Under the pieces are notes generated by a model that saw only the letters and a program-made list of their open reading frames with translations, was not told where the DNA came from and searched no databases. From Candidatus Poribacteria bacterium (GTDB taxonomy: Bacteria; Poribacteria; WGA-4E; WGA-3G), in the NCBI GenBank assembly GCA_022820835.1, contig JAJEET010000039.1, positions 702 to 64,701 of the forward strand: a DNA stretch of 64,000 nucleotides. The letters run 5' to 3'. The position numbers and the translations under genes were made by a program. The number at the start of each line of letters is the position of its first letter. Position 1 is the stretch's first letter. Positions 53,804 through 62,822 of this stretch are shown piece by piece.

Positions 53804-54889
53804 ATGAGAAGTGATCCAAGCACACACGATACCGCAGCAACATCACAGGTTCATAAACCGAAATTATTGTTGCCTTTCATTCTCATCTTGCTATGTGCTA
53901 TTGCAGTCGGATTCGGGATAAGGTATTACAAGAATAGACCGGAACCGACGACTGAGGTGGCGTGGAAGGTATATTTCAGCGAAGCCGATGGGATTGAAAG
54001 TCCGTATTCTCTGGAAAAGCGGCTTGTCCATAGGCTCGGTGCTGCTGAGGCGCGAGTTGATGCGGCACTCTACGATTTAGATGCTGCTCCAGTAGCCGAT
54101 GCTTTGATTGAGGCATATAACCGCGGTGTGCAGGTACGAATCGTCACAGAAGCGGACAATATTGACGAATCCGAAATTGGACGATTGCGAGAAGTTGGGA
54201 TTCCTGTCGTTGACGACGGTGATAATCAAGGGTTGATGCATCACAAGTTCATTGTGATTGATGAGCAGTATGTCTGGACGGGTTCTTATAACACCACGTA
54301 TAACGGTGCGTATAAGAACAGTAATAACGTGATACTCATTGATTCCGCACAACTGGCGTACAACTTTACTCAGGAGTTCCGGGAATTGTTTCTTTCGGCA
54401 CAGGTTGGAAAGCCTTCTGGTGCGTTTGTGGCATATCCGAAGGTGTCGCTAAACGATGGGACGGAGGTCTTCACCTATTTCTCGCCGGAAGCGGACACGA
54501 TCTCGCCACTGGTTAAGGAGATCCAGGCTGCGGAGCAGTCAATCCATTTTATGACATTTGCGTTTACACACGATATACTTGGCAGTGCCATGCGGGACCG
54601 CTTTAAATCAGGTATTGATGTCCGGGGTGTGTTTGAGGAGAAGCAAGTCAATAACGAATACTCTGAATATAAGGCGATGAAAGCGGCGGGGTTGTCAGTT
54701 ATTGTAGATAGAAGTAGCGGGACTATGCACCACAAGGTGATCGTTATTGATGCAGAGACGGTGATTACGGGATCGTATAACTTTTCCAAGAACGCGGAAA
54801 AACGGAATAACGAAAACCTGTTGATTATCAAGGGGAATCGTGAGATTGCGTCTGCGTACCTCGCGGAGTTTGCGAAGATAGTGCGTTAG
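53804..54889 (+). CDS. Phospholipase D-family (two HKD motifs) protein with an N-terminal TM anchor
   Basis: HHKFIVIDEQYVWTGSYNTT and HHKVIVIDAETVITGSYNFS. TM segment LLLPFILILLCAIAVGFGI. Confidence 0.85.
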   Translation: MRSDPSTHDTAATSQVHKPKLLLPFILILLCAIAVGFGIRYYKNRPEPTTEVAWKVYFSEADGIESPYSLEKRLVHRLGAAEARVDAALYDLDAAPVADALIEAYNRGVQVRIVTEADNIDESEIGRLREVGIPVVDDGDNQGLMHHKFIVIDEQYVWTGSYNTTYNGAYKNSNNVILIDSAQLAYNFTQEFRELFLSAQVGKPSGAFVAYPKVSLNDGTEVFTYFSPEADTISPLVKEIQAAEQSIHFMTFAFTHDILGSAMRDRFKSGIDVRGVFEEKQVNNEYSEYKAMKAAGLSVIVDRSSGTMHHKVIVIDAETVITGSYNFSKNAEKRNNENLLIIKGNREIASAYLAEFAKIVR

Positions 54890-54894
54890 GTGTG

Positions 54895-56088
54895 CTACGG
54901 TGTCTCGCCTAATATGACCGTCCGGTGTTGCTCGGTTCCGTTTCTGTAGATTTTGAGTTGAACCTTCGTTTTGGGGCGTTCACTTGCAACACATCTTAAG
55001 AGTTCATGATAGGAGCGTACAGGCACTTCGTTGAATTCGAGGATAAAGTCTCTCGGTAAAATTTCACTTTTGTCTGCCGGGCTGTCTTTGATGACGCCGG
55101 TAACGAAAACGCCAGACTCGTTTACATCTACCTCGACACCGAGCCAACCGCGCGCCACCTTCCCGTGTTCAATGATTTCTTCAGCAACTGCGCGAACTGT
55201 CTCTATCGGCATGGCAAAAGTAATTTCCTGCGTCCGACTTTCCTGCGAGAACTCTTGAACAAGAAGTTTTACAATATCGGGATTGATATTTTCCTCGAGA
55301 AGCGCGTCAACGGCAACGTTGGTGGTATCAGGGGGTTCTGTCAGCACAGCAAGTATCATTCCAACAATCTCGCCGGAGGTGTTTATGACGGCACCGCCGC
55401 TGTTCCCGGGGGTAACCGCAGCGTTGAGTTTAATCAATTCGCCACACAATTGATCTGGTAAGGTGTCCCAACCCCCGACAATACCGAAAGAGACAATGGG
55501 GCTATGTCCATAGGAGCTTCCCATCGTTACAACCCAAGAGCCGGTATCAATTTTTGAGGAGTCTCCCCACTTTACAGGTACCACGGTTTTAAATTCCCGC
55601 GTCGTGAGTGTCTGAAGCCGGACCGGAGCGGAGCGCTTCTTAGCTGCTGCGGTTCTATTAGCCGCCGTCGAACGTGTGGCTGATAGGGGTATTCGTGCGT
55701 CCTCCGCGACTCGGAGTACCGCGATGTCGGTGAATGTATCGGTGCCAATGAGTTCAGCTGTCGAAGCGGCTCCGTTGTTAAAGATAATCTCAATCTTATT
55801 GGGTGTTTCCATCTCAAATGTCGTTGTTACGACGTGTCCAGTGGTGTTGATAACAATACCGGAACCGATCTCTTGGCGGATAAATACCGACTTTTCAGCG
55901 TTCGGTGGGATCATCTGTGTCGCGACAACTTTCACAACAGCAGAACGAGCCTCGGTGACGACCCTCTGGAATTCCTTTTCAAGCATCTGCAAAACATTTT
56001 CGTTTGCGATACTCGGGGTGACCGCATAGAAAAGTAGACTGAGCATTCCAATTATCAATTGTTGGCGTTTTGATTCTATAGCGTACAT
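54895..56088 (-). CDS. HtrA/DegP-family trypsin-like serine protease with a C-terminal PDZ domain
   Basis: Signal peptide, catalytic-Ser motif TPGNSGGAVIN, and PDZ-like GVFVTGVIKDSPADKSEILPRDFILEFN. Confidence 0.85.
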   Translation of the reverse strand: MYAIESKRQQLIIGMLSLLFYAVTPSIANENVLQMLEKEFQRVVTEARSAVVKVVATQMIPPNAEKSVFIRQEIGSGIVINTTGHVVTTTFEMETPNKIEIIFNNGAASTAELIGTDTFTDIAVLRVAEDARIPLSATRSTAANRTAAAKKRSAPVRLQTLTTREFKTVVPVKWGDSSKIDTGSWVVTMGSSYGHSPIVSFGIVGGWDTLPDQLCGELIKLNAAVTPGNSGGAVINTSGEIVGMILAVLTEPPDTTNVAVDALLEENINPDIVKLLVQEFSQESRTQEITFAMPIETVRAVAEEIIEHGKVARGWLGVEVDVNESGVFVTGVIKDSPADKSEILPRDFILEFNEVPVRSYHELLRCVASERPKTKVQLKIYRNGTEQHRTVILGETP

Positions 56089-56144
56089 GCTTTATTTTCC
56101 TTAAATGGCATATTGGCAGAAAGGCGTGCTTATGCACGTCTCAA

Positions 56145-56717
56145 TTAAAGCCCACCGCTGGTGGAGGTAGTAGTATAACTTACCTGCTTTAACATATAAC
56201 GTTGTTGCATCGGTTGTGTCGGTGTTGAGATAACACTTCCTCGCAGGAGTTGGTTCCTATCCGCGGCGACACGTCTCGATTGCTGTACCGGGAACACCTC
56301 CGGCGATGTCGCGACCTGTTTTGTTAGCGGTGTAGTTGCTACGGGTCCTGGACGTAGGTCTTGATAGAAATAGGTGCCAGCTGCGGCGAGTATCAGGGCG
56401 AAGACACCACTGAATGCCCACTTAGGACGGCGGAACACGTCAAGCAGCTGCTGCCATTGTGTTGTCAGAACGTCTTTAATGCTACGGGTCTCGCGTTCTT
56501 CTGTAGTGAGTCGTTGTTGCAATGCGGGTATAAAGTACGGTGACGGTTCTATCTGTGGCAATTGCTGTACCGCCTTAACGGACTCCTGAAAACGGGTATA
56601 TTCGGCTTGACACGTTTCACATTCTGCGAAGTGTCCTTCAAACGTCTGCAATGTCTGATAATCGAGTGTGTCTTCAAAATAGGCAGAGAAGTGTTTCTCA
56701 ACCTGTAGGCAATTCAT
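56145..56717 (-). CDS. Anti-sigma factor (zf-HC2 type) with a single TM
   Basis: The N-terminal H-x3-C-x2-C motif (HFAECETCQAEY) follows C3. TM segment WAFSGVFALILAAAGTYFY. It lies directly downstream of the ECF sigma gene. Confidence 0.7.
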   Translation of the reverse strand: MNCLQVEKHFSAYFEDTLDYQTLQTFEGHFAECETCQAEYTRFQESVKAVQQLPQIEPSPYFIPALQQRLTTEERETRSIKDVLTTQWQQLLDVFRRPKWAFSGVFALILAAAGTYFYQDLRPGPVATTPLTKQVATSPEVFPVQQSRRVAADRNQLLRGSVISTPTQPMQQRYMLKQVSYTTTSTSGGL

Positions 56718-56734
56718 AATTTGCTCCTAATACA

Positions 56735-57334
56735 TCAAATAAACGGTTTTAACTTTTCTTTGAGCATAAGTCGGGCGCGGTTGATGCGAGATTTCGTTGT
56801 ACCGTCCCGAAGTTCGAGTACCTCACTAATTTCATCGTAACTCAGACCTTGTAGGTCGCGAAGCACAAGTGGGAGTCTATACTGTTCTGGTAGTTCTGAG
56901 ATCGCTTTCTGGATAGCGTTTTGAAGTTCCTTGCGTTCGAGAGCGACTTCGGGTTGATAAGCTGGATTTGCAGGGGCGTTCCCGATGAGATCGATCTGCT
57001 CCGCGTCTCCGTCACTATCGTTTCCGCTGTTCACGACGTTATCGACTCTGTATCGGTCCCGTCGGCCTCGATTTCGCAGTTCATTTTTGCAGAGATTCGA
57101 GGCGATATGATACATCCACGTTTTAAAATGTGCACCCTCCGATTTGTAGCGATGTGCAGCTTTAAAAATCCGGATAAAGGTTTCCTGTGCTAGATCCTCA
57201 GCACTATCCCTGTCATTTATGAACCGAGCGATAAAATTCACGAGCGGCTGCTGATGTCGGCGCACGAGCAGCGTAAACGCGTTTTCATCGCCTTTTTGGT
57301 AGCGTTCCATTAATTCATCGTCTAAGTCAGGCAT
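56735..57334 (-). CDS. ECF (sigma-24/RpoE-like) RNA polymerase sigma factor
   Basis: Region 2 (AEDLAQETFIRIF, FKTWMYHIASN) and region 4 (LRDLQGLSYDEISEVLELRDGTTKSRINRAR). Confidence 0.9.
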   Translation of the reverse strand: MPDLDDELMERYQKGDENAFTLLVRRHQQPLVNFIARFINDRDSAEDLAQETFIRIFKAAHRYKSEGAHFKTWMYHIASNLCKNELRNRGRRDRYRVDNVVNSGNDSDGDAEQIDLIGNAPANPAYQPEVALERKELQNAIQKAISELPEQYRLPLVLRDLQGLSYDEISEVLELRDGTTKSRINRARLMLKEKLKPFI

Positions 57335-57476
57335 CAGATACCTCCGGGGTGCTTATGTTAATATACACCAAACCCCGAATTTGGTTGCAAGTTTTTTTCG
57401 ATAGGTAAGGAAATCAGGTAATTTAGATGTGTGTCTTGACCTGAAAACGGGTTTTCGGGTATGATTGTTTTGTATC

Positions 57477-57616
57477 AGTAACCAGTGGCCAGTAAAGAAG
57501 TCCGTAAAGTGTTCTAAAGTTAGGGAAGTTCGTAAAGTTGTCAACTTTGAAACTTTAGCACACTTTGCAACTTTGGAACTTTCTTGCTGTTAACTGTTAA
57601 CTGGAAACTGTTAACT
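57477..57616 (+). repeat. 140-nt intergenic repeat, copy 2
   Basis: Aligns with 40188-40327 over its whole length. It lies in the divergent promoter region between the ECF sigma gene and the O-methyltransferase gene. Confidence 0.85.
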
Positions 57617-57630
57617 ATAGGGAGGTAATT

Positions 57631-58200
57631 ATGTTTGATCAGGTTTTACAAGAGGTCGAGGCACAGTGTCGGGCAGAACGGATCCCGATGTTAGGTCCAG
57701 AAAAAGCGAAATTTCTCGCTGGCTGTGTTGAAGAAGCGAAGCCGTCTCTCATCGTCGAATGTGGTACGGCTATCGGTTATTCTGGACTCTGGATGTTACG
57801 CGTCTTGAAAGCTGCGGGTACTGGACGCTTGATAACAGTCGAAATAGATGCTGACCGCGCAGCACAGGCGCGCACCAATTTTGAGCGTGCCGGAATGGCG
57901 GACCTCGTTGACTCACGGATCGGCGACGCACAGGAAGTACTCAATAGCATCAAGGACCCCGTCGATTTTCTGCTCCTTGATAACAATTTTAGTAACTATT
58001 TCCCGTGCTTTCAGGCGATTGAATCGCGGTTAACGAATCCTGCCACGGTGCTTGCGGATAACGTCGGCATCGGTGCCGATTCGATGGCGGATTATCTCGG
58101 ACACGTCCGCGAACGTTATGAATCTGAGACACACTGGTTTGACATCAACTTGCCGTGGGTGAAACAAGATGCGATTGAAGTGAGTATCTATCGCCATTAG
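57631..58200 (+). CDS. Class I SAM-dependent O-methyltransferase (family 3, caffeoyl-CoA OMT-like)
   Basis: Motifs IVECGTAIGYSGLWM, ITVEIDADRAAQAR and DFLLLDN. GGGAGG RBS. Confidence 0.8.
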   Translation: MFDQVLQEVEAQCRAERIPMLGPEKAKFLAGCVEEAKPSLIVECGTAIGYSGLWMLRVLKAAGTGRLITVEIDADRAAQARTNFERAGMADLVDSRIGDAQEVLNSIKDPVDFLLLDNNFSNYFPCFQAIESRLTNPATVLADNVGIGADSMADYLGHVRERYESETHWFDINLPWVKQDAIEVSIYRH

Positions 58201-58258
58201 TTTTTTCGCGTTCCACGCACGCCTTCTATACTGGGACAATTTCTAACTTCACCAACGA

Positions 58259-60982
58259 ATGCCGATATTACCAAAGGAACACGTTTGTATGGATTATAAT
58301 TTTTGGGCTGTCGCACGCTTACCCGCGCCAGACGACAACGTCGCTATCGCGACGCAGACATTGGAAAGTGGCACGCGTATTCGCTATGACGAACAACAAT
58401 TTCAGTTATCACACACGATTTTAGAGGGGCATCGCTTTGCGATCCAGCCGATTTCGGAAGCGGCACCGTTGCTGTCGTGGGGATTGCCGTTTGGGTTTGC
58501 GACACGCGCCATTGCCCCGGGTGCCTACGTCTGCAATCAGAAGATGATCGATTCGTTGTCGATTAGGAATCTACCGTTTACATTGCCGGAAACGCCGAAC
58601 TTCAGCGACCAGATCGCACCTTATGTGCTGAACGAAGCAGAATTCTGTCCCGGTAAGCCGTTGGCACGCTATACGGATGATCGTTGCTTCCTCGGTTATC
58701 ACCGTCCGGGCGGACGTGGTGTCGGCACACGGAACTATATTGTTGTTATGGGGACGACGGCACGTACTTCGGGGTTCGCGAGAAGGCTTGCAGATATGTG
58801 TTCGCGGCATGCTGAAGCCTATCCTAATATAGACGGCATCGTCGCTGTAACGCACACAGAGGGTGGTGAAGGTAGGACTCCGAATAACATTGATATGCTC
58901 CTCCGAACGCTCGCCGGTTTCACTGTCCATCCGAACATCGGTGCGATGCTGCTCGTTGACTACGGCACCGAGGCAGTTACAAACGAAATGCTCCAGTCAT
59001 ACATGCAACGCGAAGGTTATGCCTTAGATGATGTCGTCCACCGTTTCTATCGGTTGCAAGGAAGTTTCGACACGGATTTGGCAAGTGGTGCGGAAATTAT
59101 TAACAGATGGTTGGATAGTGTGAATGGTGTACCGCGCACCGAGCAGTCTCTGGAATACCTGAAAATCGCTTTGCAGTGCGGGGGTTCCGATGCGTTCTCT
59201 GGTGTGTCTGGTAATCCACTCGCTGCTTACGTCGCCAAAGAAGTTATCCGTTACGGTGGATGCGCTAACCTCGCAGAGACCGACGAACTGATCGGTTCGG
59301 AGGCATATATACTGCAGAACGTCCGCGACCTGACGACTGCGCGTACGTTTCTTGGAACGATTGAACGTTTCAAAGAACGCGTTTCATGGCATGGACACTC
59401 AGCGGAAGGCAATCCGTCTGGCGGCAACAATTTCCGTGGGCTTTACAACATCGCCATTAAATCGATCGGTGCGGCGATGAAACGACACCCCGATGTCTGC
59501 CTCGATTACGTCATCAATTACAGTGACTTGATGGAAGAACCGGGTTACTATTTCATGGATAGTCCCGGCAACGATTTAGAGAGCATCGCTGGACAAGTGG
59601 CATCCGGTTCTAACATGATTTTCTTCGTGACAGGCAACGGATCCATCACAAATTTCCCCTTCGTGCCGACGATTAAGATCGTCACGACAACAGGACGTTA
59701 CGAGATGCTTTCCAAGGATATGGACGTGAATGCTGGCGCGTATCTCGACGGCACACCGATGGAAAAACTGGGCGAATCTATGTTGGGCCTGACGGTGGAT
59801 GTTGCTTCCGGTGAACGGTCGGTTGGTGAGAAAGCTGGACACTCGCAAGTCTCGTTGTGGCGTGATTGGAAACAGACGGGGCCCGTGGATTTGGACCCTT
59901 TATTGTCAGCGTCCGAATTGAAGTCCGGTGAACCGATTCCGATTGAAACTTCGGTAGGAGCGATCTCCGAATCGCGACTTCCGATCTCCGAATCGCGATT
60001 TCCTCAAGAGTTGCAATTCCGTGCGCTTCAAACGGAAGCAGGATGCCGGACGGATCAGGTCGGTTTAATCTTGCCGACGAGCCTCTGTTCCGGGCAGATT
60101 GCGCAGATGATCGCGCATCGTTGTAATGAACAGAAGATCGGCGAGAAACAAGGTATCTCAAGGTTTGTCGCACTCCCGCATACGGAGGGGTGTGGTGTCT
60201 CCAGCGGTCGTTCCGAGGAGATTTATACCCGCACGATGATCGGACACCTCACGCATCCGACGGTCGCGCTCGGTCTGTTGCTTGAACACGGTTGCGAGAA
60301 AACCCATAATGACCACGTCCGACACGAGATTCAGAATCTCGGTATCTCACCAGAACGCTACGGTTGGGCAAGCGTACAGTTGGATGGCGGGATTGATGCT
60401 GTTATTGAAAAGGTACAAAACTGGTTCTCGGAAACGCTTGCGGATAAACCGTTTGTCCGAGTTATCGATGCTGGGTTAGAACACCTCTGCATAGCCGTAA
60501 CATCAACCGGTGCAGCGACGGAAGAAGCCTCTCGATCCCTAACGCAATTAATCTACAAAGTTGTCGCTGCGGGGGGAACGGTTGTCGTGCCAGCGAACGC
60601 AGCGTTTATGACATCAGAGTTGTCCCCGACATTGGCTTACGGGCAGCGGGTGGAAAAAAACGGTTTTCACGTCATGGAGACACCGACGGATCAACCGACG
60701 GAAACATTGACAGGCTTGGGCGCGACGGGTGTGGATTTGGCACTTGCACATATCGTCGGTGCGCCGTTGCAATCGCATGTGATGGTGCCGTTGATTCAAG
60801 TCTCTACGGATGCTGCGACGCAAGCCACCTACGGGACGGATTTGGATTTGACAACTGCTAATGTTGATGATTTGTTGGCGTTGATTGTAGAGGTGGCTTC
60901 GCGGCGATATACACCGAAACTACACGGTAAAGGGAACACCGATTTCCAGTTGACGCGCGGGTTATTAGGAATTTCGATGTAA
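58259..60982 (+). CDS. UxaA/GarD-family (altronate/galactarate) dehydratase with an extra C-terminal UxaA-N-like module
   Basis: SAF-like N-terminus (DNVAIATQTLESGTRI...EGHRFAI). Motifs GYHRPGGRGVGTRNYIVVMGT, VAVTHTEGGEG and LQCGGSDAFSGVSGNPLAAYVAKEVIRYGGCANLAETDELIGSE. After about aa 585 there is a second FVALPHTEGCG...LLLEHGCEKTHND module. Confidence 0.75.
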   Translation: MPILPKEHVCMDYNFWAVARLPAPDDNVAIATQTLESGTRIRYDEQQFQLSHTILEGHRFAIQPISEAAPLLSWGLPFGFATRAIAPGAYVCNQKMIDSLSIRNLPFTLPETPNFSDQIAPYVLNEAEFCPGKPLARYTDDRCFLGYHRPGGRGVGTRNYIVVMGTTARTSGFARRLADMCSRHAEAYPNIDGIVAVTHTEGGEGRTPNNIDMLLRTLAGFTVHPNIGAMLLVDYGTEAVTNEMLQSYMQREGYALDDVVHRFYRLQGSFDTDLASGAEIINRWLDSVNGVPRTEQSLEYLKIALQCGGSDAFSGVSGNPLAAYVAKEVIRYGGCANLAETDELIGSEAYILQNVRDLTTARTFLGTIERFKERVSWHGHSAEGNPSGGNNFRGLYNIAIKSIGAAMKRHPDVCLDYVINYSDLMEEPGYYFMDSPGNDLESIAGQVASGSNMIFFVTGNGSITNFPFVPTIKIVTTTGRYEMLSKDMDVNAGAYLDGTPMEKLGESMLGLTVDVASGERSVGEKAGHSQVSLWRDWKQTGPVDLDPLLSASELKSGEPIPIETSVGAISESRLPISESRFPQELQFRALQTEAGCRTDQVGLILPTSLCSGQIAQMIAHRCNEQKIGEKQGISRFVALPHTEGCGVSSGRSEEIYTRTMIGHLTHPTVALGLLLEHGCEKTHNDHVRHEIQNLGISPERYGWASVQLDGGIDAVIEKVQNWFSETLADKPFVRVIDAGLEHLCIAVTSTGAATEEASRSLTQLIYKVVAAGGTVVVPANAAFMTSELSPTLAYGQRVEKNGFHVMETPTDQPTETLTGLGATGVDLALAHIVGAPLQSHVMVPLIQVSTDAATQATYGTDLDLTTANVDDLLALIVEVASRRYTPKLHGKGNTDFQLTRGLLGISM
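59961..60002 (+). repeat. In-frame 21-nt tandem duplication inside the dehydratase linker
   Basis: CGATCTCCGAATCGCGACTTC followed by CGATCTCCGAATCGCGATTTC (one mismatch). It encodes ISESRLP-ISESRFP. Confidence 0.9.
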
Positions 60983-61013
60983 ACTTGAAGCATGGGAAAT
61001 ACGAAGGAGCTAT

Positions 61014-61802
61014 ATGCCCAACTATGAAACCCTGGATTGGCGTTTAAGCAATGGAGTGGCTACAATCACACTCAACCGACCCCGAGCTGGGAACGCGCTG
61101 ACAATGCAGATGGGACGAGAACTGATGGATGCCTCAATTTGCTGCGATACCAATCCCGAAGTGCGAGCAGTGGTGCTGACAGGCGCAGGAAAAATGTTCT
61201 GTGTCGGGGCAGATCTGAAGCAATTGCCACCACCAGGTCCGAAGATGGCAACCGAGATTAAGTTACTCACAACGTGGTTACATGCGGCTATCTCACGCTT
61301 CGTACGGATGGAGGCACCACTAATTTGTGCCATTAACGGGACAGCCGCTGGGGCAGGAATGAGTCTGGTATTGATCGGAGATATGGCATTAGTTGCGGAA
61401 TCGGCGCGGTTTAAGATGGCTTATTCACGGCTCGCCCTCACCCCAGATTGCTCTGCTACCTATTACCTACCGCGACTCGTCGGATTCCGCCGAGCATTTG
61501 AGTTGTATGCAACGAACCGAATACTCTCAGCAACGGAAGCGGAAGCCTGGGGGTTGGTCAACCGAGTGGTGGCGGATGACACACTTGTATCGGAAGCGCA
61601 AGCACTCGCTGCACAACTCGCAGCGGGACCAACGCAGGCAATCGGAGCGACCAAACGACTATTTCATGGTGCGTGGACGGAGTCACTGGAATCGCAGATG
61701 GCGCAGGAGACACGGGCGATCACGAACGCTGCACGGTGTTCCGATGCAGCAGAAGGTTTTGAGGCATTCTTTGAGAAACGCGAACCTAACTTCAAGGGAT
61801 AA
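61014..61802 (+). CDS. Enoyl-CoA hydratase/isomerase (crotonase) family protein
   Basis: Motifs ITLNRPRAGNAL, VLTGAGKMFCVGADLK, AINGTAAGAGMSLVL and AFFEKREPNF. Confidence 0.9.
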   Translation: MPNYETLDWRLSNGVATITLNRPRAGNALTMQMGRELMDASICCDTNPEVRAVVLTGAGKMFCVGADLKQLPPPGPKMATEIKLLTTWLHAAISRFVRMEAPLICAINGTAAGAGMSLVLIGDMALVAESARFKMAYSRLALTPDCSATYYLPRLVGFRRAFELYATNRILSATEAEAWGLVNRVVADDTLVSEAQALAAQLAAGPTQAIGATKRLFHGAWTESLESQMAQETRAITNAARCSDAAEGFEAFFEKREPNFKG

Positions 61803-61937
61803 GTAGTGTTCCTAGAATATAACACCTCCAAAAAATCAAAACATTAACCAACTGCCAGGAGCATAAGTACCCAAACCACCATTGGATTCTGAATCATGAG
61901 AAAGGATAATAGATTTCTGAAACGTTGGTCTTCACCA

Positions 61938-62822
61938 TCAATCGGATACCGCTATTAACATCATCATTCCTAACAAGTAAGATGAACAACAAGCAGCGCT
62001 GCCTACCCAGGCATTTCCAATCTGAAGGCTTCTGGCTTTTGCATAGTAAGCAGAGGCGTAAGTGGCAACATACTCTGGTGGCTTGCCAAGGAGTTGTCCA
62101 GCAGGTAAAGAAGGTATGTGTCTTCCGGCAGCACTGACTCCACTTCCACCACAACATGCCAAAAAACTTACCTCAAAGCAGCTGGATTTAATTCCACCAT
62201 AAGAAGGTCCCAAAAAACCTACCAGAAACCAACGCCTTGTGTCAACATAGGTATTAGCATCTTGCTCAGCAGCATCCACTGCCTCTGCCTGTGCTGAATT
62301 CTGTTGGACGAGGGAGCCAAGAGATTTACTTTGGTCTTTCTGAAGAGATTCCAGTACCTCCGCTGGAACCAATATCTTCATCTTCGTTCCCTTTGGCTTC
62401 AGGAATTGCATGTCAATCGTTTTGGACAGCCCCTGAGGAAAGCGCGCATAAGCACGAAACGCATCTAACGGTTTGGCAGGATATATCATCTGGCGATGTA
62501 AATCTACTTCGCTATCACCAGAGAGTTGAATTATCGTTAAGGTTACACGGGAAATACTATCGGATGAAATGGAAGTTAATCCCTGCGCGGTTAGAACACA
62601 AACTTGACTCAAGTTTATAGCAATTAGCTCTCCGCGTACTTCCGATTCTGAAGTACCGGTCTGGTATCTAACGGAGACCCATCCACCATAACTTTCGTGT
62701 TGAGCGGTAGAAAGGGAGGGAAGCCATCCCTTTGGCGCGGTTGTTGTTGCTCTACTACAACCGATGACATAAATCAGTGCCATAAATATGGGTAGGCCTA
62801 TGTACCTATTGAGGTTTTTCAT
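61938..62822 (-). CDS. Hypothetical lipoprotein
   Basis: I place the start at MKNLNRYIGLPIFMALIYVIGC (lipobox VIGC, ATG 62820-62822). The C-terminus is Gly/Ala/Cys-rich and hydrophobic. Confidence 0.5.
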   Translation of the reverse strand: MKNLNRYIGLPIFMALIYVIGCSRATTTAPKGWLPSLSTAQHESYGGWVSVRYQTGTSESEVRGELIAINLSQVCVLTAQGLTSISSDSISRVTLTIIQLSGDSEVDLHRQMIYPAKPLDAFRAYARFPQGLSKTIDMQFLKPKGTKMKILVPAEVLESLQKDQSKSLGSLVQQNSAQAEAVDAAEQDANTYVDTRRWFLVGFLGPSYGGIKSSCFEVSFLACCGGSGVSAAGRHIPSLPAGQLLGKPPEYVATYASAYYAKARSLQIGNAWVGSAACCSSYLLGMMMLIAVSD

